A stretch of 64,000 nucleotides of DNA from Macrostomum lignano. Lineage: Eukaryota. A program made the translations under genes and the position numbers. The stretch's first letter is position 1; each line of letters begins with the position of its first letter. The notes beneath the pieces are model-generated. The model saw nothing but the letters and a program-made list of their open reading frames with translations, ran no database searches and was not told where the DNA came from. Below, in pieces: positions 13,301 to 27,115 of this stretch. The stretch spans positions 54,081 through 118,080 of the forward strand of contig NIVC01001754.1 in NCBI GenBank assembly GCA_002269645.1, given 5' to 3'.

Positions 13301-14745
13301 CTCAGTGTCTGGTCTCAGTGTCCAGTCTCAGTGTCTGGTCTCAGTGTCCAGTCTCAGTGTCCAGTCTCAGTGTCTGGTCTCAGTGTCCAGTCTCAGTATC
13401 TGGTCTCAGTGTCCAGTCTCAATGTCCAGTCTCAGTGTCCAGTCTCAGTGTCCAGTCTCAGTGTCCAGTCTCAGTGTCCAGTCTCAGTGTCCAGTCTCAG
13501 TGTCCAGTCTCAGTGTCCAGTCTCAGTGTCCAGTCTCAGTGTCCAGTCTCAGTGTCCAGTCTCAGTGTCCAGTCTCAGTGTCCAGTCTCAGTGTCCAGTC
13601 TCAGTGTCCAGTCTCAGTGTCCAGTCTCAGTGTCCAGTCTCAGTGTCTGGTCACAGTGTCCAGTCTCAGTGTCCAGTCTCAGTGTCCAGTCTCAGTGTCC
13701 AGTCTCAGTGTCCAGTCTCAGTGTCTGGTCTCAGTGTCCAGTCTCAGTGTCCAGTCTCAGTGTCCAGTCTCAGTGTCTGGTCTCAGTGTCTGTGACTCAG
13801 TGTCTAGTCTCAGTATCTGTGACTCAGTGTCTAGTCTCAGTGTCCAGTCTCAGTGTCTGGTCTCAGTGTCTGGTCTCAGTGTCTGGTCTCAGTGTCTGGT
13901 CTTAGTGTCTGTGTCTCAGTGTCTGGTCTCAGTGTCCAGTCTCAATGTCCAGTCTCAGTGTCCAGTCTTAGTATCTGGTCTCAGTGTCTGGTCTCAGTGT
14001 CCAGTCTCAGTGTCTGTGACTCAGTGTCTAGTCTCAGTGTCTGTGACTCAGTGTCTAGTCTCAGTGTCCAGTCTCAGTGTCCAGTCTCAGTGTCTGGTCT
14101 CAGTGTCTGGTCTCAGTGTCTGGTCTTAGTGTCTGTGTCTCAGTGTCTGGTCTCAGTGTCCAGTCTCAGTGTCCAGTCTCAGTGTCCAGTCTCAGTGTCT
14201 GGTCTCAGTGTCTGGTCTCAGTGTCCAGTCTCAGTGTCTGGTCTCAGTGTCCAGTCTCAGTGTCTGTGTCTCAGTGTCTGGTCTCAGTGTCCAGTCTCAG
14301 TGTCCAGTCTCAGTGTCTGGTCTCAGTGTCTGTGACTCAGTGTCTAGTCTCAGTATCTGTGACTCAGTGTCTAGTCTCAGTGTCCAGTCTCAGTGTCTGG
14401 TCTCAGTGTCTGGTCTCAGTGTCTGGTCTCAGTGTCTGGTCTCAGTGTCTGTGTCTCAGTGTCTGGTCTCAGTGTCCAGTCTCAATGTCCAGTCTCAGTG
14501 TCCAGTCTTAGTATCTGGTCTCAGTGTCTGGTCTCAGTGTCCAGTCTCAGTGTCTGTGACTCAGTGTCTAGTCTCAGTGTCTGTGACTCAGTGTCTAGTC
14601 TCAGTGTCCAGTCTCAGTGTCCAGTCTCAGTGTCTGGTCTCAGTGTCTGGTCTCAGTGTCTGGTCTTAGTGTCTGTGTCTCAGTGTCCAGTCTCAGTGTC
14701 CAGTCTCAGTGTCCAGTCTCAGTGTCTGGTCTCAGTGTCTAGTCT
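7310..14745. repeat. 13-bp satellite AGTGTC[CA/TG]GTCTC with a 2.3-2.4-kb higher-order repeat
   Basis: About 570 monomers; diagnostic variants recur at about 2.3-2.4-kb spacing. Confidence 0.98.
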
Positions 14746-15307
14746 TAGTATCGAATCTCAGATTCTAATCTCAGTGTTCAGTCTCAGTTCCAGAGCCAAA
14801 ATCAGGAGTTTACTCTGTAAGATGCAAGCTTCCCTATTTAGTTATCATAACTATCCATTTATAGAACTTTCGGCAGGATAATTTGCATTCGGCTCCTTTT
14901 GAAGCGGCCAGGCAGGAAAGGCGGGATGCAGTATTCAGTGCACCTTTTCTATTAGCCAGCGGCGGCAGCAAAACAGCCGGCTGGGCAACAAGACACGGCA
15001 TGAGTGCAGGAGATTTCTGTTAAAGACAACTTCGGCGCAGCTGCTGTTTTGGTCGTTTGAAAGCGGCTGAATTGGTTCCGCCTTCAGCCTTAACTGAAAA
15101 GCGAAAGCCTCTGTGAGCGAAGTTGACTGTCTTTGAAGATGGCTTTGCTAGAAATAGAATTATAAATATTAGGGACTTTTGCTGCTTTGAAATCCAAATT
15201 CTGGCGCGCTCGCAAACTGGGCTTGGGCGCTCCTGTCTGTGTGGTGGGCGCCCCTGTCTCTGAGGTGGACTCTCTTGTCTTAGTATGTAATGTTACTGTT
15301 TTGTAGC

Positions 15308-15935
15308 TGTGTCCAGTCTCAGTGTCTGGTCTCAATGTCTGGTCTCAGTGTCTGGTCTCAGTGTCCAGTCCCAGTGTCCAGTCTCAGTGTCTGGTCTCAG
15401 TGTCTGGTCTCAGTGTCCAGTCTCAGTGTCTGTGTCTCAGTGTCTGTGTCTCAGTGTCTGGTCTCAGTGTCTGGTCTCAGTGTCCAGTCTCAGTGTCTGG
15501 TCTCAGTGTCCAGTCTCAGTGTCTGGTCTCAGTGTCTGGTCTCAGTGTCCAGTCTCAGTGTCTGGTCTCAGTGTCTGGTCTCAGTGTCTGGTCTCAGTGT
15601 CCAGTCTCAGTGTCTGGTCTCAGTGTCTGGTCTCAGTGTCTGGTCTCAGTGTCCAGTCTCAGTGTCTGGTCTCAATGTCTGGTCTCAGTGTCTGGTCTCA
15701 GTGTCCAGTCTCAGTGTCTGGTCTCAGTGTCTGGTCTCAGTGTCTGGTCTCAGTGTCCAGTCTCAGTGTCTGGTCTCAGTGTCTGGTCTCAGTGTCTGGT
15801 CTCAGTGTCCAGTCTCAGTGTCTGGTCTCAGTGTCTGGTCTCAGTGTCTGGTCTCAGTGTCCAGTCTCAGTGTCCAGTCTCAGTGTCCAGTCTCAGTGTC
15901 CAGTCTCAGTGTCCAGTCTCAGTGTCCAGTCTCAC
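15308..15935. repeat. Second array of the 13-bp satellite
   Basis: Same monomer as 7310-14745. Confidence 0.97.
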
Positions 15936-16509
15936 TAAGCGAATCTCTAACTTTGATTTTAATGAGACTGCTCTAGCAAACTTCATTTTTTTTAAAATTC
16001 AGCAATATCCTTCCAGGTGGAAATAGAGAAGGAAATATCTTTGAGGCCTATTGTTGAATTGATTTCGGCGGGTCTGACCTGATCTGGATTTTGGATCAGG
16101 CCTGAATGCGCAGACCCTGGCAACAAGAACAATTTCCTTATTTAATTTTTTTTTTATTTTAGACGTCCGCATGGATTGGAAGAGCTTTTGTTGCAGGAGG
16201 TGTTCGAGGCGGAAGTCCTGCTTTACACTGCCTGGACCTGGACGCGCGTGTGTGGGTGCTTGCCTGAGCACAGTCTGGAATGTCCATACGAACTTTGCTA
16301 TAAGGACAAAAACACATACAAAACAGCTACGCTCAGAATCGACACAGCTGGTATCTTGTTTTGCCTGCTTTTGACAGTTATGGATTTCTTATCTCGCATT
16401 TGGTTTTCGGAATCTATTGAGCATTGATTATTACTCAAGAAACTGTATGGAATTTGCTAATCCGGGTTGCCTAGCATTTGAGCGGGTTGCTTTGTCTGAC
16501 CAAGTTAGA

Positions 16510-16960
16510 AACTCCTGGGGGAGAGGAGAGAGGGGAGAGGAGAGGAGAGAGGGGGAGAGGAGAGAAGTAGGGGAGAGAGGTAGGGGAGAGAGGTAGGGGA
16601 CAGGAGAGAGGGTTAGAGAAGACAGGGGAGAAGAGAGAGGGTGAGAGAATACAGGGGAGAAGAGAGAGGGTGAGAGGAGAGAGGGAGACGAGAGGAGAGA
16701 GGGAGGGGAGAGAGGGGGAGAGGAGAGAGCGAGAGAGGAGAGAGGAGGGAGGAGAGAGGAGAGAGGAGAGAGGGTGAGAGAAGAGAGGGAGAGAGGAGAG
16801 AGGAGGGAGGAGAGAGGAGAGAGGAGACAGGGGAGAGGAGACAGGGGAGAGGAGACAGGGGAGAGGAGACAGGGGAGAGGAGACAGGGGAGAGGAGACAG
16901 GGGAGAGGAGACAGGGGAGAGGAGACAGGGGAGAGGAGACAGGGGAGAGGAGACAGGGGA
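16510..16960. repeat. Polypurine GGAGA-type repeat, ending in a 14-bp GGAGACAGGGGAGA array
   Basis: Purine-only strand read directly. Confidence 0.92.
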
Positions 16961-17329
16961 TTTAAGATTTCTTTAAGCTCTATACAGATCGGGCACTGGT
17001 GAGAATGGCTGGGAAACGTAATAAACTTTATCCAGTTTTTACAATCTCATCGCCTAGCATTTTCTATACACCAGGGTCCAGGATCAGCTAAAATTGCATA
17101 AAAAGTGAAAAATCTTCAACAATGATTTAATCAGAGCACACTCGTTCGTCTACTCAGGGCTGTCAATTTTTTCAAATTTGTCTTGCCCGATTCCCGGGGG
17201 TATCCTGAGCCCACAATTAGCGGTTGAGGGCGGAAGTCTAAATGGAATAAATGAGCTGACAGGAATTTGCGTTGCTGTCTTGACTACCGAGTTGAAACAG
17301 CTGGCACCCTAGGAATCAAATGTTAGAGA

Positions 17330-18060
17330 TAAGATTGGTTAGCGATTAGATATGGGAGGGATTAGATTAAGAAGAAACTATATTGGGGAGAGATTAGAGG
17401 AGAGATTAGATAGGTTAGGGACTAGATAGGGAAGAGATTAGATTATGTAGAGATGAAATTAAGCAGAGATTAGATAGGGGCAAGATAAGATATGGCGGAG
17501 ATTTGAGTAGGGAGAGATTAGGTTGGTTAGAGATTAGATAGGAAGAGATTAGATATAGCAGAGATTAGATATGGTAGATATTAGATATGGGAGATATTAG
17601 ATAGGGGAAAGATTAGACTGGAGAAGAGATTAGATAGGGTAGGGATTAGATGGGGGAGAAATTAGATATGGGAGTGATTCGATAGGGGAGTGATTATTAG
17701 AGATGAATGAGATTAGATTGAGTAGAGAATCAGTTGAGGAGAGATTAAATAAGGAGAGATTAGATAGGGGAAGATTAGATTGAGGAGAGGTTGGATTAGA
17801 TAGAGGAGATATTAGATCAGAAGAAGATTAGATTGAGGAGAGGTTGGATTAGATAGAGGAGAGATTAGATAGGGGAAGATTAGATTGAGGAGAGGTTGGA
17901 TTAGATAGAGGAGAGATTAGATCAGAAAGAGATTAGATTGAGGAGAGGTTGGATTAGATAGAGGAGAGATTAGACATGGAAGAGATTAAGTATGGGAGAA
18001 ATAAGATAGGGGAGAGATTAGCTATGCGAGAGATTCTATAGTTGAGAGTTAAGCTAGGTG
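17330..18060. repeat. Degenerate GAGATTAGATAGG-type satellite
   Basis: Recurrent AGATTAGA motifs at irregular spacing. Confidence 0.8.
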
Positions 18061-18629
18061 AGATAGGAGACAGAAGAGAAATCGGATACCGAAGGGAGCT
18101 GAGCTGAGCGACATCAACAGACTGAAGCAGAGCTGGTGTATTAAAAATGAATGAGAGAGCGCGTGGGTCTAGCCGGAATCAGTCCCGAATAACACCGGGC
18201 CTCAAGCAGATAAACAAACCCACACAGTTATCAAACTTGCCACATTCATTGACATACAGCAACTGCGCTGTGAGAACACTTGAGAAAGGGAAGCCCTGCG
18301 CAGAGAAAAAACAGCTGTTTCTAAATTTAGAATTGGGTGCCGCTTCAAGCTGAGTGTAAATAGAGTTTGACAAGCTGGTAGTTGCCCCCCAAAAAAACAA
18401 ATCCACTCGAGGCTTAGCAATAGTATCGATCTGTTTCCTTCGTGGTAAAGCCGGTAAACTGCTCCGGGGGGGGGGGTAAGGGAATTAAACACTGTCCTAC
18501 TGGCACTGGCCTTCAATCCTTTCTGAACAGGTGTGAACTGCATATTTCAAGGTCATGTGGTTATTATCCTATGGTAGTGCTTTGCGTAAATTATTGAAAT
18601 TTACATAAACTTGGAGATCATAAGAAATT

Positions 18630-19093
18630 AAAATAGAGAAAGAAGAAAAGAAGGGGGTGAGTAAGAGAGAGAGGGGAGAGATGGAGGAGAGAGGGAGGGG
18701 AGAGAGGGAGGGGAGAGAGGGAGGGGAGAGAGATAGGGGAGAGAGGGAGGAGAGAGAAGGAGGGGAGAGAGGGAGGGGAGGGAGGTAGGGAGAGAGGGAG
18801 GGGAGAGAGGTAGGGGAGAGAGGGAGGAGAGAGAGGGAGGGGAGAGAGGGAGGGGAGGGAAGGAGAGGAGAGAAGGAGGGGAGAGAGGGAGAGGAGAGAG
18901 GGAGGGGAGAGAGGGAGGGGAGAGAGGGAGGGGAGAGAGGGAGGGGAGAGAGGGAGGGGAGAGAGGGAGGGGAGAGAGGGAGGGGAGAGAGGGAGAGGAG
19001 AGAAGGAGGGGAGAGAGGGAGAGGAGAGAGGGAGGGGAGAGAGGGAGGGGAGAGAGGGAGGGGAGAGAAGGAGAGGAGAGAAGGAGGGGAGAG
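18630..19093. repeat. Polypurine (GAGAGGGAGGG)-type repeat
   Basis: Almost purely G/A; source of the Pro/Leu/Ser ORFs. Confidence 0.93.
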
Positions 19094-19556
19094 CGGACAA
19101 AGAAAACCCCAAATATCAGGCTGCCATGCGAGTCTGCAAGGCCAAATTTTAGCCTCAAAGCAGTTTGTCAGCCTCTCATTCTCTGAAATTTGAGTACCTG
19201 CAGAACTTTCCCACCAGCGGAATTTCGAGCCATCTGTCTGGCTCTGACACTTCTACCCGAGAACGCAGTGCCTCTATCAGACAGTGCAACAATGGCAGTG
19301 CTGGTAACCACATACGGCCTAGCAGACACACTTTGGCTACTGGTGTTGCTTTCAGGCGGGAAAGTTGGAGGAAAAAATTTTTTTACGATTCTTTAGCCAG
19401 ACTGGAGAGCAAATATCCCCTCGGTTTCATCTCTGCATTTTTCAGCAGCAGGCAGCAGGTGAATTCGTAATTTAGCAAGCAATGAATATTTCTGTGTATT
19501 CAGCTCTTGGAAATAATTGTATAACGACCTACATTGTACTTTTTCACCCAAGGAAA

Positions 19557-20010
<454 letters not shown>

Positions 20011-20450
20011 AGACTAGACTACAATTCTCTTATTCAGTAAAACGCCAAAACCTAATTTCCTGGGTGAAGTAAATTCTCTTTTCCCAAGAATTCCCAGAGG
20101 GATCAGGCTGCCTGCGACAGACCAGCCCTGGATCTGGAATTGAGAAGCCCAAGCTCGCTTCTCGTGCTATTCTCAGGCCATACTGGGGACAACTTAAGCT
20201 CTGCCAGGATAAGCGTGCACCGCGAAATCCGACAGAGATTTTGACCAGTTTGGCTTCGGGACTAAAAGCTGACAAGAAAACAATATGCTCGTAAATATTA
20301 TGCGCACTTAATAATCGCGCTGGGTAAACAGAATTATCTGGGCTTAAATGTTACAGTGGGAGATTGCGTGTCTACTGGGCATGTTGCATGGCATTGTTTG
20401 ACCCCTGGAGCCTTGTTTCCCCGTTCACTTCCGCTGCTCTGCTGGAAGCT

Positions 20451-20857
<407 letters not shown>

Positions 20858-21256
20858 CTTTCCGCTCGTATTTTCCAGAGTGCATTGTTACCCGTCAGAT
20901 GTCTGTCAGAAGTGCGGACTCCATGGACTTCCATCAGTCAGGCACAAAAGGCTCGCATCAGTTGAACTCCCTATTCCCCTACAGTGGCAAGCATTCACTG
21001 CATAAGCTTGGCTCCATTCACTTTGCTCGTGCTCAACTAAGGCAATCATAAATCATTTTTGTCAGGCAGGAAAGGCGGAAACCCAAAAGCCCGAAGCGCC
21101 GCTTTGCCTGCTTGCGTGCGCGCCCGGAGTTTCAGAGTTCGAGGCTGCATGGGTTGGCGGCGGAGTTTTTGCTCACTTTTTATGCCCTCGCTGGTTGCGA
21201 ACTGAGCTAATTTATGAAATTATGGAATTTTTAAGACTGAACTGAAAAATCTATTT

Positions 21257-22206
21257 ATGACCCAATTACTCCAAGACCCAATTACTCCATGACCCAATGA
21301 CTCCATGACCCAATGACTCCATGACCCAATGACTCCATGGCACAATGACTCCATGACCCAATGACTCCATGACCCAACGAATCCATGACCCAATGACTCC
21401 ATGACCCAATGACTCCATGACCCAATGACTTCATGATCCAATGACTCCATGACCCAATGACTCCATGACCCAATGACTCCATGACCCAATCACTCCATGG
21501 CCCAATGACTTCATGATCCAATGACTCCATGACCCAATGACTCCCTGAGCCAATGACTCTATGACCCAATGACTCCATGACCCAATGACTCCATGACCCA
21601 ATGACTCCATGACCCAACGAATCCATAACCCAATGACTCCATGACCCAATGACTCCATGACCCAATGACTTCATGATCCAATGACTCCATGACCCAATGA
21701 ATCCATGACCCAATGACTCAATGACCCAACGAATCCATAACCCAATGAATCCATGACCCAATGACTCTATGACCCAATGACTTCATGACCCAATGACTCC
21801 ATGACCCAATCACTCCATGGCACAATGACTTCATGATCCAATGACTCCATGACCCAATCACTCCATGGCACAATGACTTCATGATCTAATGACTCCATGA
21901 CCCAATGACTCCATGACCCAATGACTTCATGATCCAATGACTCCATGACCCAATGACTCCATGACCAAATCACTCCATGAGCCAATGAATCCATGACCCA
22001 CAGAATCCATGACCCAATGACTCCATGACCCGATGACTCCATGACCCAATGACTCCATGACCCAATGACTCCAGGACTTAATGACTAAATGGCCCAATGA
22101 CTCCATGCAATCACTTCATGACCCAATGACTCCAGGACCCAATGACTCCATGACCCAATGACTCCATGACCCAATGACTCCATGACCCAATGACTCCATG
22201 ACCCAA
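21257..22206. repeat. 16-bp satellite (CCATGACCCAATGACT)n
   Basis: Tandem units; the same family recurs at 29.8, 44.4 and 51.0 kb. Confidence 0.97.
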
Positions 22207-24575
22207 TTCAACATTACGATTTAATTTCCCAATAACTCACTGACTTATCTGATTAATATATGCTTTCGTTGAGGTAATCTGAGGTACCTGTAAAGTCTGT
22301 GAAGAACAAATCAATTAAGTCCTGTTTACAGTGTGTTTATCAGTCTGTTTACAGATGTTTTCTGCTATGTGAGAATTGGGAATTTGCTAGGGGAAAAATC
22401 AATTTATTTAACTTATCCGAGCTCTAGATATATCCTGCAGCTAGCGCATTCCCATTGACCTGAATAATGGATACTTCCATAATAGAGATCTACCTACGTG
22501 ATTATAGATGTTCTACTGGGATAATGTGCGAGAACTGACTGGTTGTTTTCATGCCAGAATTGCTTTGGCTCACATTCGAGCGGAGCTACATGTAGAAGTT
22601 GTCAAGAATATTTACTGGATCTGTACTATATAAAAAACATCCTTACTGGTTTGCTAATTAGCATACAGTAAGAAATTAGTTTACAGCAGTATATTTGCAT
22701 AAGGCCTAAAAAATTTACACTCGATCACTCCGTAAAAACTCCAAAAAGCAACATTCCGTAATTGTGACCTTAATTATCATAAATAAAATAGTAAACTAGT
22801 ATAAAAATTCCTCTTTTGACAAATTACAAATGTACATCTATGATAAACACGATATTATATACGTTCGTAATTATGATTATTATAAGTTAATGCGCGCGCA
22901 GAATACATGCAAATCTGTACACGAGGGAAGTTCTCCTGTAGTTACTAACACAAAGATCGAGCCGTGCATATGTAGATGTGATACACATATGAATTATGAT
23001 TTACGATCTAAAATACTAAGTATACGCGAGGGGAGCGTTTACCATGTATTTGAAGTCCAGACTCTTGTATACGCTTTCGAAACGGAATTTATGAAAAGGC
23101 ATGATTTGAGTTTGCGCAACTTTGCTTTAAATACTGTGTTTTTCTGGCCACTTGCTTTCAAGTTTGGTAATTTACATGTACTTCACGACATCTAGCTATC
23201 TGGTCCGTTTATACAGTACTATACGTGTACATGCATGTAATCTTTGACCATTTTCGATTTTGCATATGGCCACGGCCCTCTTATTTTAACTACGAGTATT
23301 TAAAAAGTGCTCGGATCTGTATAGTGATATAGAAGGCATTTTCTTTGTTGAAATATTTCGAAACTTTTATTTGAAACTTTTTACCTTTTTCTTTTCTTCA
23401 AATTAGGCGATATCTGCCGCCTCACCACAATGCATTTGTGATGAACCATATATAATATCTTGTATGGGCCGGGTAAACACTACATATATATCGTATAAAA
23501 GTTCATTTTTTTTAACTCACTGGTAAAATATTACCCCCTAGAGCCCAACTATTCACAATTAAAACCTTTTGAATGCTATGCGCTTAAAGGCAATAATTAA
23601 GCCTGATTGCCTGTTGTAATAACGGATTTTGAGAAATCTTTATAATATATTTAGATAAAGTTTAAAAGTATTTCGAAAAGTATTGCTTTCTATTATGTTA
23701 AAAAGAAAATATAACCTTAAAAGTGCATGTAGTAACAATAATTGTATTTGTTATTTCGTTTGATACTATCCAAAGCAAAAATTTTAAAACGATAATTCTG
23801 CCTCTAATTACGAAGCATTTACCGACTTCAGTTCGCCTTTTCCTTGTCCAATGAAAACCCCAACCGTAACGTTTTTTTCAAACAGAAACGGTAATACGTT
23901 ATCTGAAAACATACTCGACTTTAATTGGAACTAATTTACACCTATTGTATTGAGACTTTCTTGTCTTCATTTATGAGAACTGAACACCTGTGAGCACCAG
24001 CGGAAAAATTGAAACAGTTTCTTGACTTGACTCGAATTCAAATGCTTCCTGAACAGTGTTGCCTGCGAATAAAAAATTAAAGCAGTTTTTCTATTCTTTG
24101 AGTCTATGCATCAATTTTTACCCCAGAGAGCCTGAATATACATGTGTCTATGTAGCTATATAAAATTTTACATATTTTAAGTTGATACTTTTGGTGATAT
24201 ACACAATTATATGTTGCTATGCCTATATATAGGTAAATATATTTGTCGATATACCAAGCATCAATATTTCCATTTTTTGTAGTGATAAAGTAATAATTTT
24301 CATTCTACATTAATTTATATACTATTTATATACTATAGGCCATAGCGAAAAGTTCAAAGATATCAAGTCAAGTGGAATATTTTAGCTTCTAAATAATTTT
24401 TTTCTTTTTCATTTTTATGTTTTTAAATTTGCAAGTTAAAAATTTCTTGCAGTCAGCTAGTTTAAAAATATGATTTTTGCAAATATCAATTTCTGACTAT
24501 CTTTTTTAGTACTTAAAACTACTAGTGAAGACTAAAAGCCTTAACCGTTAATCCCTTCAGCCAATAATTCAATCG

Positions 24576-24914
24576 ATGGCCTCGAACAAGCGCGCCCAGC
24601 ACGAGATGCAAGCGCACTCTTCTGGCGGGCCGCCACCGCCGCCGCAGTACCCCGACGCCGACGCCGGGGCCGACAATGAAGAGAAGCCGCCGCCGCCGCT
24701 TCGCAAGCCCAGCGATTCGAAATTTCATCAACAAAAGCTGCCGGCTTGGCAACCGTTGCTAACCGCTCGGTCGGTTTTTCCGCTCTTCTTTCTAGTCGGC
24801 GCGGCTTTCGTACCCATCGGGGCGGTGCTGTTCACAGCCTCGCAGTCGGTGAAGGAGGCCGAGTTCAATTATACCAACTGTCGGGACGCCAGCGGCATCT
24901 CCTGCTTGGAACAG
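24576..24914 (+). CDS. CDC50: CDC50/TMEM30 P4-ATPase flippase beta subunit, coding exon 1
   Basis: KPSDSKFHQQKLPAWQPLLTA followed by a TM helix and FNYTNC, typical of the CDC50 N-terminus. Ends CAG|GTAAAA, phase 0. Confidence 0.95.
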
Positions 24915-24944
24915 GTAAAATTGCAGAGGAAACCTGTTTTAAAA

Positions 24945-25478
24945 ATTGCTGAAATGAGTGTCAGATAGGTGCTGAAATGAGTGTCAGATAGGTGCTGAAA
25001 TGAGTGTCAGATAGGTGCTGAAATGAGTGTCAGATAGGTGCTGAAATAATGTCAGATAGGTGCTGAAATAATGTCAGATAGGTGCTGAAATAATGTCAGA
25101 TAGGTGCTGAAATGAGTGTCAGATAGGAGTTGAAATGAGTGTCAGATAGGTGCTGAAATGAGTGTCAGATAGGTGCTGAAATGAGTGTCAGATAGGTGCT
25201 GAAATGAGTGTCAGATAGGTGCTGAAATGAGTGTCAGATAGATGCTGAAATGAGTGTCAGATAGGTGCTGAAATAATGTCAGATAGGTGCTGAAATGAGT
25301 GTCAGATAGGTGCTGAAATAATGTCAGATAGGTGCTGAAATGAGTGTCAGATAGGTGCTGAAATAATGTCAGATAGGTGCTGAAATGAGTGTCAGATAGG
25401 TGCTGAAATGAGTGTCAGATAGATGCTGAAATGAGTGTCAGAGATGCTGAAATGAGTGTCAGATAGGTGCTGAAATAG
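24945..25478. repeat. 23-bp minisatellite in CDC50 intron 1 (GATAGGTGCTGAAATGAGTGTCA)
   Basis: About 23 tandem units. Confidence 0.95.
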
Positions 25479-25514
25479 GTAAAAACGCCCCAGTTTCTTA
25501 ACCCGTATTTTAAG

Positions 25515-26180
25515 GCCAACAAGCCCGACTACTACCGATGGCTGCGCCCGCCCTGCGTGTGCAACATGTCAATCCATCTGCCCGACAACCTCACGGGCCA
25601 GGTGTTCGCTTACTACGCCCTTACGAATTTCTATCAAAATCATCGACGCTACGTGAAGAGCCGCGACGACAGCCAGTTGCTGGGCTGGAAGCCCGGCAGC
25701 GAGGAGCCTCTGCAGGACTGCAGCCCGTACCGGCAGGACCCCGGCAGCGAGGAGCCTCTGCAGGACTGCAGCCCGTACCGGCAGGACCCCGGCTCCGGCA
25801 GCTGGATCCTGCCCTGCGGCGCCATCGCCAACAGCCTGTTCAACGACACCTTCCAGCTTTTCTACCATTCGCCAACCGCCGGGGCCGACTTGGCCGTGGA
25901 AGTTCCATGGACTAGCCGGGGAATTTCCTGGGCCAGCGATCGGGAAAGGAAATTTGGTCGGGTGAAGAATTTCACGGGTACGTCGAAGCCGCCAAATTGG
26001 AGACTGTCGCCGGAGCAGAGAAGTGCAGACAGCTTCCAAGGCGACGAGGAGCTGATCGTGTGGATGCGGACTGCCGCTCTGCCTTCGTTTCGCAAGCTGC
26101 ACAGAATTGTGCTACACAACGCCAGCAGCGCTGCAGACTGGTTCAAGGATGGCCTGCCGAGTGGGAACTACACTTTGCTG
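25515..26180 (+). CDS. CDC50: CDC50 exon 2
   Basis: Contains YYALTNFYQNHRRYVKSRDDSQL, PCGAIANSLFNDTF and LIVWMRTAALPSFRKL. Acceptor TTTTAAG|GCC, donor CTG|GTTGGT; 666 nt, phase 0/0. Confidence 0.93.
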
Positions 26181-26389
26181 GTTGGTTCCGCGGGGACTGC
26201 ATCGGGAGGGAACTTTAGAGAGTCTTAACGTATTGTGTCGAGGGCTGGTCTTGACGAGTTTTAAATAATTCTTGAGACACAAACAAGTCCTGAATGTAGT
26301 AAACAAGTCCAAAGGTGGAGAGTCTTGAGCCGTGAGCGAGTCTCAAGGAGGTGTTTTCAGTAAGCTTCAAGAAGTGTTTTGAGAGCCGG

Positions 26390-26745
26390 TCTCAGGGAGC
26401 AATGTGTGAGAGCAGGTCTCAGGCAACAGTGTGTGAGAGCAGGTTCTCAAGAAGCAGTGTATGAGAGCAGGTCTCAAAGGACAGTGTGTTTTGAGCAGGT
26501 CTCAAAGGACAGTGTGTTTAGAGCAGGTCTCAAAGGACAGTGTGTTTAGAGCAGGTCTCAAAGGACAGTGTGTTTAGAGCAGGTCTCAAAGGCCAGTGTG
26601 TTTAGAGCAGTTCTCAAAGGACAGTGCGTTTAGAGCAGGTCTCAATGGAAATTGTGTTGAGAGCAGGTCTCAAAGGACAGTGTGTTTAGAGCAGGTCTCA
26701 AAGGACAGTGTGTTTAGAGCAGGTCTCATGGAATTTGTGTTGAGA
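26390..26745. repeat. 28-bp minisatellite in CDC50 intron 2 (GAGCAGGTCTCAAAGGACAGTGTGTTTA)
   Basis: About 12 partly degenerate units. Confidence 0.88.
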
Positions 26746-26939
26746 GGTTAAAGGTCTCAAAAGAAGAGTTTTAAGTAGGTCTGAAGCAGGTTTTATAGAG
26801 TACTGTAAATAAATCAAGTCAGACAGGATACAAGCCTAATATTACGTCTCAATATTATGGATCTAGCTCAAATTGATTTGTTAAAAGAATTCAATTTTAA
26901 TTGACCTCAATAATCAAAAGCCACTTCAATCTGTCGCAG

Positions 26940-27115
26940 GTGAACTACGCCTATCCGGTGAACGCTTTTTCTGGCACGAAGTCGTTCGTACTGACAACCT
27001 CGAGCTGGTCTGGCGGTCGCAATCCGGCGCTTGGCATCATCTACATGGTTGTGGGCTGCCTGCACATCGTTCTCGGCGCTTTGTTTGTGGTTATTCACAT
27101 CCAAGCTAGCAAGAA
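26940..27115 (+). CDS. CDC50: CDC50 exon 3 (reads to TGA at 27119 if unspliced)
   Basis: VNYAYPVNAFSGTKSFVLTTSSWSGGRNPALGIIYMVVG plus second TM helix. Acceptor TCGCAG|GTG; AA|GTGAGT donor overlaps the stop codon. Confidence 0.93.

Noticed and set aside
7335-16026. Dozens of Ser/Val/Cys/Gln-rich ORFs up to 444 aa
   Set aside because: They are translations of the 13-bp satellite, which happens to lack stops on the + strand; all frames give the same text
16160-16265. Kelch-like peptide (IGRAFVAGG...LHCLDLDARVW) on the + strand
   Set aside because: A single short match ending in a stop with a weak donor; a minus-strand exon reading is equally plausible
24945-25478. CRISPR-like regular repeats (also 57410-58225)
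   Set aside because: Units are head-to-tail with no unique spacers, in eukaryotic introns
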